A stretch of 60,681 nt of DNA, taken from Patescibacteria group bacterium (GTDB lineage Bacteria; Patescibacteriota; Microgenomatia; UBA8517). The stretch covers positions 149,432 to 210,112 of the forward strand of contig JALHYA010000004.1 of NCBI GenBank assembly GCA_022868165.1, given 5' to 3'. The notes beneath the pieces are model-generated. The model worked only from the letters and a program-made list of their open reading frames with translations. It was not told the origin of the DNA and did not search any database. Shown here piece by piece: positions 28,365 through 35,882 of this stretch. Within the stretch, counting starts at the first letter, position 1, and every line of letters begins with the position of its first letter. Both the position numbers and the translations under genes were made by a program.

Positions 28365-28769
28365 ATGAAACAGTCAATTGTTTATGTAGCTTTGGTAGTT
28401 CGAGAGTACGACGAAGCAATTGAATTTTATACAAAAAAACTTCACTTTACCCTGATTGAAGATACATATCAGCCAGAACAAGATAAACGCTGGGTAGTCG
28501 TTGCCCCACCAGGTTCATCGGAAACAAAATTGCTTCTTGCAAGAGCTTCTAAACCTAAACAAAAATCGTTCATAGGTAATCAAACTGGTGGGCGAGTATT
28601 TCTTTTTCTCAACAGCGATGACTTCTGGAGAGACTACAATGAGATGGTTTCATTGGGTATAAAATTTGTAAGAAAGCCAAAAGTTGAATCATACGGTACG
28701 GTAGCAGTTTTTGAAGATTTATATGGAAATCTATGGGATTTAGTAGAGTTGAAAAAGAAGGAGAAATAG
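28365..28769 (+). CDS. VOC family protein (glyoxalase/bleomycin-resistance fold)
   Basis: 134 aa. Pattern YVALVVREYDEAIEFYTKKL ... FEDLYGNLWDL is typical of the VOC family. Confidence 0.85.
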   Translation: MKQSIVYVALVVREYDEAIEFYTKKLHFTLIEDTYQPEQDKRWVVVAPPGSSETKLLLARASKPKQKSFIGNQTGGRVFLFLNSDDFWRDYNEMVSLGIKFVRKPKVESYGTVAVFEDLYGNLWDLVELKKKEK

Positions 28770-28830
28770 AAATTTACTATAAATTGTTAAAGAAGCTGGG
28801 TTATAAATAAAAATCACCCTAACCAATTAT

Positions 28831-28905
28831 AGGCTCGTAAGGTCCTAGACCGACATGCTCAGCTCGGAGCAAGCAAAGCTTGCGGAGATCCTGCACCCCA
28901 GTGAC
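28831..28905. repeat. Mosaic intergenic repeat, B-type copy 2
   Basis: Contains the ggtcctagacc anchor plus the identical 38-nt core (28856-28893). Confidence 0.85.
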
Positions 28906-28967
28906 AGATTGTTAATTAATTTAATTTATTTGATTTGTAAGCTACAACCAATATATTATTAATTAGA

Positions 28968-29795
28968 GTGAATATTAAAAAGATATTGTTGTTGGTGTTA
29001 TTTTTCTTCTCTATTAGTTTTCTTATTCCAAAAACTTCAAAAGCAGTTGATTTACGGGAGGTGTTTACTTCAGAGGACTCGATTGTGGTAAAAATACAGG
29101 AGGGAATTGAATATTTCTTTGCCTTCAGGGTTGAAAATAAAGTAGCGGTGTTGGAAAAACAGGCTGAAAAAAGGTTGGTCATGGCACAAACTTATGCGGA
29201 TGAGGGTAATAATGAGAGGGTGCAAAATCTTTTGCAAAATTACCTTCAAATAAAAGAAAGACAGAATAATTTATTGGAAAAAACAAATAACAGTGAAGTT
29301 TTGGGGGCTGTTGAAGAAAGAACAATAGAACAGCAAAAAATGATGGAGGTAATAAAAACAAGGATAGATGAAGGCACAAAACAGAATGTTATTCAGGTTC
29401 AGGAACAAGTAGTAAATCAGGTAGCGAAACGAGTGATTGATGTAAATGGATCGGAAGGGGCAACTGGATTTTTAAATGAGGTTGTGCATGTCTGGGCACC
29501 CGGAACGGGGCCAGGAGGAGGGGAAGCGGGAGTAGTATATGCTGGTGGTGGAAAGTTAATATATGCCCCCGGAACAGGGACCGGAGGACAGGGTGGAATT
29601 GTAATCGAGGGCGGAGAAATGAAGTTTGCGCCGGGAACCTCTGAGGGTGGATCCAGCGGGGCCAATGTTCAGAATACGGTAATTGAAGGCGGGGGAAGCG
29701 GAGGTGGAGGAGGAACAACGATGGAGGGTGGAAATCAAAATATAGCTCCGGGCACTTCTTCTGGTGGTGAAGGAACGACAGTTGTTGGAGAGTAA
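28968..29795 (+). CDS. Secreted protein, DUF5667-like N-terminal domain plus Gly-rich APGT(G/S)xGG repeats
   Basis: GTG start, signal/TM segment, helical region EKQAEKRLVMAQTYADEGN, C-terminal four-fold APGTG / APGTS repeats. Confidence 0.65.
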   Translation: MNIKKILLLVLFFFSISFLIPKTSKAVDLREVFTSEDSIVVKIQEGIEYFFAFRVENKVAVLEKQAEKRLVMAQTYADEGNNERVQNLLQNYLQIKERQNNLLEKTNNSEVLGAVEERTIEQQKMMEVIKTRIDEGTKQNVIQVQEQVVNQVAKRVIDVNGSEGATGFLNEVVHVWAPGTGPGGGEAGVVYAGGGKLIYAPGTGTGGQGGIVIEGGEMKFAPGTSEGGSSGANVQNTVIEGGGSGGGGGTTMEGGNQNIAPGTSSGGEGTTVVGE

Positions 29796-29811
29796 GCGTT
29801 ATTGGGATAAA

Positions 29812-29875
29812 AAGGTCCTAGGCCGGCCATTCGACAAGCTCATGGCCTCCGGCCCGCTTCTTCGACTTCGCTCAG
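29812..29875. repeat. Mosaic intergenic repeat, A-type copy 2 fused to D-type copy 1
   Basis: A unit at 29812-29858. cttcgacttcgctcag at 29860-29875 is identical to 33482-33497. Confidence 0.85.
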
Positions 29876-29915
29876 AACTATAGTCAGCCAAGACGGGCAA
29901 GAAGGGTATATACTT

Positions 29916-31061
29916 TTGATGCAAATGAAATACTGGTCGATGGTGTTACACTTTTACCAGCCTCCAACACAGGAACTTCAAATAACCGAGACTGTCTTGA
30001 AATCAAGCTATCTACCACTTCTCAGAATCCTTTCGGAAAAGTCTGGATTCGGGTTGACGCTTAATATCGGTGGAGGTTTGATTTTACAGCTCAAAAAGCT
30101 TGGTGTAAATGAATTTTTTGATCTAGTAAAAAAACTTATTAGCGATGGGAAAATCGAAATCGTTAATAGTGTGATGTACCACCCTCTGATACCCATTATT
30201 CCAAAAGACGTTGTAGTTAGACAGATCAAAAAAAACAGTCAGACCTTGAAAAGTTTGTTGGGGGTAGAAACCACAAACGGTTTTTTTCCTCCCGAATTGG
30301 CAATAGACAATGAAAGCCTCAATTTAATAGACAGCAATTACATATTCATAGATGAAAGTTCACTGGAAACTCGCCTCGTTGCTAAGCGGGCAAAAGATTC
30401 AATAACTAAATATGGCGAAAAATATTTGTTAATAAATAACCGCGAGGTTTGCAACCTCTTACGGGCATACCCCAAAGAACTTCCTGCAAAAACTGTAATT
30501 GATTTGGTGCAGAAAAATTGCGATGAAGACGGTCTGATCGTGACGGCAAACGACGCAGAACTGTTTGGCCATCATTATTCGGAAAGACTGCAGGTGCTTT
30601 CCGATTTACTGAACGAACGGGAAATCAAATTTATCAAAGCTTCCGAGGCTGTAGTCAAGTTTGGTAGCCAAGCACTTGTAGTTTCTAAAGTTTTGCCATC
30701 CACCTGGCAGGACTGTAAGGGTTTCAGTCTATGGAGTAAAAATGCTTTGCAAAAGAAATATTTAGAACTATTAAAGATAATTTACGAGTTGACCTTGGGC
30801 GACTTGAGTACAACAACTCAGGATCTATTTGACCAGGGAAGTTCATCTTGTTATTTGTACTGGTTGTCGAATTGGCCGTGGTGGCATCCTGATTTGGTAC
30901 GGAAAGGTGCCGAGAACTTGATCAAATGTACAAAAAACGCCGAGGCTGAAGCGGTTTATCGCGATTTTTTGGATAAAATGTGGGAATATCACCGGTCGGG
31001 TAAAGTAGAAATTAAATATAAAGAGTACGATGAGAAGTTGTTAGCAACAAGAAGTAAATAA
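29916..31061 (+). CDS. Glycoside hydrolase family 57 protein
   Basis: LHFYQPPTQ N-terminal motif, FFPPELAID, and ANDAELFGHH (GH57 catalytic region pattern). The start may be the ATG at 29919 or 29925. Confidence 0.75.
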   Translation: MMQMKYWSMVLHFYQPPTQELQITETVLKSSYLPLLRILSEKSGFGLTLNIGGGLILQLKKLGVNEFFDLVKKLISDGKIEIVNSVMYHPLIPIIPKDVVVRQIKKNSQTLKSLLGVETTNGFFPPELAIDNESLNLIDSNYIFIDESSLETRLVAKRAKDSITKYGEKYLLINNREVCNLLRAYPKELPAKTVIDLVQKNCDEDGLIVTANDAELFGHHYSERLQVLSDLLNEREIKFIKASEAVVKFGSQALVVSKVLPSTWQDCKGFSLWSKNALQKKYLELLKIIYELTLGDLSTTTQDLFDQGSSSCYLYWLSNWPWWHPDLVRKGAENLIKCTKNAEAEAVYRDFLDKMWEYHRSGKVEIKYKEYDEKLLATRSK

Positions 31062-31062
31062 T

Positions 31063-31842
31063 ATGTACAAAGTTGCCGTTATCACCCCCTGCTATAATAG
31101 GGCCCAATTCATATCCGAATGCATTCAGTCAGTATCCCTTTCCAACACGTTTGGTATTTGTGAAATAGAACATATTATCATTGATGACGCTTCAACCGAT
31201 AATACATGGAACATTATACGTCAATCAAAAGTTCCAAACCTTACAGTCTTTAGACTAACTGAAAATAAGGGACCTGCCTTTGCACGAAATTATGCGATCA
31301 ATCAATGTGATGCTGATTTTATTTTTTGTCTTGATTCTGATGACGTGCTATTTCAAAATAGCCTATATTCTCTTCTAACCTTTGCACTCGAGAAAAAAGC
31401 AGACTGGGTGTACGGAGACATTATCCGAGGTGATAACCAGTTACGTTATCAAATAGGAAAAGACTTTTTTGGATGGAATTTTAAAACAATTGAAGATGTT
31501 CTAACTGCCATGTTTAAAAATGAGCATTTCTTTCAACACAGCAGTTTATTTTCTAAGACCGCTTTTGATAAAGCAGGTCGATATGATGATTCGCTACACC
31601 TTGCAGAAGACTTTGATCTCTTCACCCGCATGCTCCTGCGTGGATACTTTCCCTATTACTTGTCGGCACCACTCTATATCTATCGCGTCCATGATAATAA
31701 TCTTTCTAAGCCATATTTTATAAACTTAAAGAAACATAAAGAAGATATTCGCGAGTTATACGCAAAATATAAAGATGAATTTCAAGCTATACTTTCTAAA
31801 GATTCAATTGTCGCCATTGAACAGGCTCATTCAACATGGTGA
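31063..31842 (+). CDS. Glycosyltransferase family 2
   Basis: VITPCYNRAQFI ... IIIDDASTDNT ... DSDD motifs. Confidence 0.85.
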   Translation: MYKVAVITPCYNRAQFISECIQSVSLSNTFGICEIEHIIIDDASTDNTWNIIRQSKVPNLTVFRLTENKGPAFARNYAINQCDADFIFCLDSDDVLFQNSLYSLLTFALEKKADWVYGDIIRGDNQLRYQIGKDFFGWNFKTIEDVLTAMFKNEHFFQHSSLFSKTAFDKAGRYDDSLHLAEDFDLFTRMLLRGYFPYYLSAPLYIYRVHDNNLSKPYFINLKKHKEDIRELYAKYKDEFQAILSKDSIVAIEQAHSTW

Positions 31843-31856
31843 GGATTTAGATTAAG

Positions 31857-33443
31857 TTAGGAATATAGTGGTCTGTCTGTGGACGTGTTCGGAGATAGAT
31901 TGTTGGTGTGTAGTTCCTGTGCTTTTTGATACAGGTCAATATATTTTTGGGCAGACTTTCTCCAGGAGAAATCGGCCACCATTGCCCGCCTAATCATCTT
32001 TTTCCATGATGGAAGATTTTTATAAGTTTCAATTGCACGAACTACCGCAGTAAGTAACCCTTCAGGAACAAAGCTTTTGAACGTAAAACCATAACCAGTA
32101 CCTGACTTCGGATCATAATCAATAACAGAATCGGCCAATCCACCTGTTGCATGGGCTATCGGAATACAACCGTAACGCAAAGCTTCTATAGCAATTATGC
32201 CGCCAGGTTCGTATTTACTCGGAATTAAAATCATGTCAGACCCGGCAAGGACCTTCCTTGGCAGAGAGAAGTCACGTATGAGATGGGTTCCAACCTGACC
32301 CGGGTATTTTTTCTCCATTTTGGAAAAAAATTCTACAAAGTTTTGTTCACCTGAACCCGCAATGATAAACTGAACTCCCAAGTCTTGCACAATATACTCA
32401 AATTCCTTAACAAGGAGGTCTAACCCTTTTTGCAAATCTAATCGCCCAACATAACAAATAAGAGGCACCTCAGGGTCATTTTTTAAATTGAATCTTTTTT
32501 GCAAATCGAGTTTATTTGCGGTTCTAAGATTTAACGAATTTGAAGAGAATTTTTGTTTAATCATCTCATCTGCCGTTGGATTAAAATCAGTGGTGTCGAG
32601 ACCATTTAAAACACCATATAATTTTCCTCTTAATTCACGGAATAGATTTTCCAATCCACCGCCATACTCGGCATTTAGAAGTTCCTGGACATAAGTTTGT
32701 GAAACCGTATTGACAATATCTGCGTACATAACGCCGCGTTTTAAGGAATTTTGTTTGATGAGTTTGTCCGAAAAAATAGGCGCCAATTGGCTTTTGCCAT
32801 CATCGAAGTCCATCTCGTTAGCGTTCGCGAAATCAAACGTGCCTTGATATATATTGTGAATTGATAAAAGGGTGGAAATTTTTTTCAAAGTAGGATCCTT
32901 TTTATAATTGTCATCATTTTTTAAGAAATCAATTAAATATCCTGTGTGCCAATCATTCGCATGAATAAGGTCGGGTATAAAATCTCCCGTTTTAATAAAT
33001 TCCAAGGCAGCTTTGGAGAGAAGGCTGAAACGGATGTGGTCATCGTTATAGTTGTAGACATTGGCTCTTTTTTGGTAATACTCTTCATTGACCAGGAAAT
33101 AAACCGGAGCATCGCCTTTTGTCGGTTGGTAAAGCTCTACCGCACAATCAATATTAGTACCCTCTCCAGTTGGTATTTTTAAACTTGAAATAATTGTCTT
33201 GGTTGGGTATTTGCTAGGATCAACAAGACCATATTTTGGAGTGAATATTCTGACATCGACCCCCAGTTTCTTAAGCGAACGGGTCAAAAAGTGGGCAACC
33301 TGAGATAATCCGCCTACAGAAGAAAACGGTGCGACTTCGGCACAAACAAATAATACCTTCAATTTTTTTGACAACACTCTCCGTATTATACATCTTTTGA
33401 GCGTATAAACAGTGCTTTTGAGATATTCCCTTTTTACAAACAT
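31857..33443 (-). CDS. glgA: Glycogen/starch synthase (GT5)
   Basis: KVLFVCAEVAPFSSVGGLSQV N-terminal motif. C-terminal GT-B motifs PSKYEPGGIIAIEALRYG. The start is uncertain (33443 ATG or 33362 TTG). The track start at 33527 lies inside repeat modules. Confidence 0.85.
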   Translation of the reverse strand: MFVKREYLKSTVYTLKRCIIRRVLSKKLKVLFVCAEVAPFSSVGGLSQVAHFLTRSLKKLGVDVRIFTPKYGLVDPSKYPTKTIISSLKIPTGEGTNIDCAVELYQPTKGDAPVYFLVNEEYYQKRANVYNYNDDHIRFSLLSKAALEFIKTGDFIPDLIHANDWHTGYLIDFLKNDDNYKKDPTLKKISTLLSIHNIYQGTFDFANANEMDFDDGKSQLAPIFSDKLIKQNSLKRGVMYADIVNTVSQTYVQELLNAEYGGGLENLFRELRGKLYGVLNGLDTTDFNPTADEMIKQKFSSNSLNLRTANKLDLQKRFNLKNDPEVPLICYVGRLDLQKGLDLLVKEFEYIVQDLGVQFIIAGSGEQNFVEFFSKMEKKYPGQVGTHLIRDFSLPRKVLAGSDMILIPSKYEPGGIIAIEALRYGCIPIAHATGGLADSVIDYDPKSGTGYGFTFKSFVPEGLLTAVVRAIETYKNLPSWKKMIRRAMVADFSWRKSAQKYIDLYQKAQELHTNNLSPNTSTDRPLYS

Positions 33444-33481
33444 AGTTTGCAAGCTCTGCTTATAGTGTCTTATTTGTCTTA

Positions 33482-33528
33482 CTTCGACTTCGCTCAGTAC
33501 TTCGCATTTAGCCTTGGTGTGAGACAAT
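33482..33528. repeat. Mosaic intergenic repeat, D-type copy 2 plus C-type copy 2
   Basis: cttcgacttcgctcag (33482-33497) and catttagccttggtgtgagacaat (33505-33528). Confidence 0.8.
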
Positions 33529-33817
33529 GGTTACAAGATTTATAAGGAGTATGCCTTACTTTGTCTACATTCTCCGTACCTCTTCAAACACTCTTTATAT
33601 CGGCCAAACAAACAACCTTGAAAGGCGGCTTCTGGAACACAAAAAGAAAAGCGGAAAATCAGCAAAATATATTCGCTATTTTTCTTCTTTTACCCTGGTT
33701 TATTCCGAAAAATATCAAACCAGAAAAGAAGCAATGAGTAGGGAAATTCAATTAAAAAGTTGGAGTAAAGCGAAGAAAGAAGCTTTGATTAAATCTAGAC
33801 CGGCCCGCTCTGTTTAA
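33527..33817 (+). CDS. GIY-YIG nuclease family protein (UPF0213-like)
   Basis: YFVYILRTSSNTLYIGQTNNLERRLLEHKKK (GIY...YIG...R...E). The start could be 33551. The last codons run into a repeat fragment. Confidence 0.8.
   Translation: MVTRFIRSMPYFVYILRTSSNTLYIGQTNNLERRLLEHKKKSGKSAKYIRYFSSFTLVYSEKYQTRKEAMSREIQLKSWSKAKKEALIKSRPARSV
33794..33810. repeat. Short form of the A-type repeat (anchor and tail without the hairpin core)
   Basis: tctagaccggcccgctc equals the A unit minus ccattcga...ttcgg. Confidence 0.6.
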
Positions 33818-34832
33818 AAATCTTAGTTATTTCGTCTTTGGCTGAAAAATCCAGATCTTCAATCTTTCCCGCAGTCACTATTTTAAGCCCCTGATTTTTC
33901 TCCTTAATCTCTCCTATGGTGGTAGCTAAAATCTTGTGTTTTCCTAAGACCGAAGTGATCGAATCTACGCTTTCTGGAGGTGCAATGATTAATAAGGCTC
34001 CCGAAGCTATTGTTTTTAACGGATCTAAACCATATTCTCCGCAAAGGATGCTTGATTCTTCTAGAATTGGAATTTTTTCTTTGTCAACCAGCAAACCAAC
34101 CCGCGAGGCCTGGGCTACTTCATAAAGTCCGGCGGAGAGTCCTCCCTCTGTCGGATCGTGCATTGCATGAACTTCAAACTGGTTTGCCAAAAGTGCATCT
34201 CTAACTACTGAAAGGCCGGGTTTATGAAGAAAGTTTTGACATTTTCGGATAAACTCTTCGCTGTATCCTCTCTGTCTTAATTCTTCCCGTTTTTCTCTAG
34301 CAATAATCGTTGTGCCTTCGACAGCTACCCCTTTTGTTAAGATAATTGCGTCTCCGGGTTTAGCGCCCGAGGTTGAAACCAATTTTTCCCTAGCTACCTC
34401 GCCCAACATCGTACCAACAACAATTGGTCTGTCCAAATTGTAGGTAACTTCGGTATGTCCTCCAACCACTGATACGCCCAGTGTTTTGGCAGCTTCGGAA
34501 ATTTGAGCAAAAATCCTTTCAGCTTCTTCCTCGGTAGTTTTTCCTTCTGGAAGAAGTATGGTTGCTTGAAACCATTTTGGAACAGCGCCAGTTGTAGCGA
34601 TATCATTAGCATTAACCTGAACTGCATACCAGCCGATTTCTTCTGTCGCAAACGTGATGGGGTCGGTTTTTACTACGAGATAGCGGTCGGGAAAATCAAT
34701 TACCGCCGCGTCCTCGCCTAATTTTGGCCCCAGCACTACCCGAGGATCAAGTATGGTCTCATATTTTTTAAGTAGTCTTGACAAAATAGGAAAATCCAAT
34801 TTCCCGAGAGGTAAAATTTTTTTCGTCTTCAC
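33795..34832 (-). CDS. AIR synthase-related protein (PurM/ThiL/HypE superfamily)
   Basis: GEDAAVIDF ... VVKTDPITF ... NDIATTGAVP N-domain pattern and a PurM-like C-domain. Confidence 0.75.
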   Translation of the reverse strand: MKTKKILPLGKLDFPILSRLLKKYETILDPRVVLGPKLGEDAAVIDFPDRYLVVKTDPITFATEEIGWYAVQVNANDIATTGAVPKWFQATILLPEGKTTEEEAERIFAQISEAAKTLGVSVVGGHTEVTYNLDRPIVVGTMLGEVAREKLVSTSGAKPGDAIILTKGVAVEGTTIIAREKREELRQRGYSEEFIRKCQNFLHKPGLSVVRDALLANQFEVHAMHDPTEGGLSAGLYEVAQASRVGLLVDKEKIPILEESSILCGEYGLDPLKTIASGALLIIAPPESVDSITSVLGKHKILATTIGEIKEKNQGLKIVTAGKIEDLDFSAKDEITKIFKQSGPV

Positions 34833-34954
34833 TCTTTCTCCTTCAAGAGCAATAGCTTAGCAAGTTAAATAGCTAATAATCAAGCTAAAGAGCCTCTTAA
34901 TACACTCCGACTTTGATATAATTGGCTGATCTTGAAGATCCATCCGTAAACAGA

Positions 34955-35002
34955 AAGGTCCTAGACCGGCCATTCGACTGGTTCATGGCCTTCGGCCCGC
35001 TC
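34955..35002. repeat. Mosaic intergenic repeat, A-type copy 3
   Basis: aaggtcctagaccGGCCATtcgactggttcATGGCCttcggcccgctc. Confidence 0.85.
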
Positions 35003-35021
35003 GGCAAGATGAGGTAAAAAT

Positions 35022-35465
35022 TTGAAAATGAAAAAACAATCATCAGTTATAATATTTATTGACTGTGAAGGAAACTTACTTCTTCAAGAAAGGGGCAGTT
35101 ATTCTAAGGGGGGAGAGAAACACGGTTATTTTGGAGGTAATATTAAAAAAGGAGAAAAACCAAAAGATGCCTTAATAAGGGAATTAAAAGAAGAATTAAA
35201 CTATGTCCCTAAAAAAATTAAATTCTGGAAAAAGGTTAGCTTTTTATGCACCGCAGAAGGAAAATATAATAATTTTAAGGTTACTGTCTATATTTTTGTT
35301 AGTCCTTTGACCAAAAGAGTGGAGAAAGCTAAGGTATACGAGGGTGAAGGGTTAATAAAGACCACTCTCGACGAGGAATTAGAAAGCGAAAATTTTACAG
35401 GAGGATACGAAATCATACTCAAAGAGATTAAAAACCACTTTGCTGAAGTGTTGGAGTTGCTTTAG
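35022..35465 (+). CDS. NUDIX hydrolase
   Basis: Nudix box GGNIKKGEKPKDALIRELKEELNY. TTG at 35022 or ATG at 35028. Confidence 0.8.
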   Translation: MKMKKQSSVIIFIDCEGNLLLQERGSYSKGGEKHGYFGGNIKKGEKPKDALIRELKEELNYVPKKIKFWKKVSFLCTAEGKYNNFKVTVYIFVSPLTKRVEKAKVYEGEGLIKTTLDEELESENFTGGYEIILKEIKNHFAEVLELL

Positions 35466-35513
35466 GATAATTGATAAGGACTGAAATGTTCTAGACTGTC
35501 CCGCCCAGCTGGA

Positions 35514-35854
35514 ATGAAAAAGAAATATTACCACCAAAAACTCATCGGGATAAAATCCCGGAAAAGATTAAATCTACGGGTGACGACTATAAAGCCAGAG
35601 TTTTGGGTAAGGCGGAATTTGAAAAGGAATTAAAAAAGAAACTGGTTGAAGAGTCCAAAGAACTTGCCCAAGCTCCAAAAGAAGAACTTCTTAATGAACT
35701 CGCCGACGTATTGGAACTAACCAAATCTATTGCGTCCCATTACAAAATTCCATTTTCAAAAGTCGAAAAGTTTCAGGAAGAAAAAAGAAAGAAAAGGGGA
35801 GGGTTTAAAAAGAAATTATTTCTTGTCTGGTCGACCGGCAAGGCCGGAAAATGA
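35514..35854 (+). pseudogene. MazG-like all-alpha NTP pyrophosphohydrolase (KLxRDKIPE family), apparent 1-nt frameshift near 35546
   Basis: The ATG frame gives MKKKYYHQKLIG. The -1 frame continues RDKIPEKIKSTGDDYKARVL...EKRKKRGGFKKKLFL. Together they restore the family N-terminus KLIRDKIPE. Confidence 0.6.
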
Positions 35855-35882
35855 TAGGATTGTCTAAAGTCTGGCCGGCCAG

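Noticed and set aside
27353-28893. CRISPR array suggested by an identical 38-nt repeat
   Set aside because: There are only two copies, about 1.5 kb apart, separated by protein-coding genes. There is no regular repeat-spacer periodicity and no cas genes.
26667-31842. Integron-like gene cassette array (same-strand unrelated small genes separated by structured repeats)
   Set aside because: There is no intI-type integrase or attI in the window. The repeats are sequence-conserved mosaics without recognisable attC R''/R' core sites (RYYYAAC / GTTRRRY) and differ from spacer to spacer. Later island genes are on the opposite strand. The idea remains checkable with an attC covariance model (IntegronFinder).
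35485-35511. Right-hand att-like copy of the tRNA-Gln 3' end
   Set aside because: The resemblance needs several gaps and is short, so I cannot show it exceeds chance. It is kept only as a note under the island finding.
35871-35882. 12-bp GC palindrome CTGGCCGGCCAG between the MazG-like and pilin-like genes as a bidirectional terminator
   Set aside because: It has no loop and no flanking U/A tracts. It directly abuts the pilin stop codon and is probably a chance palindrome.
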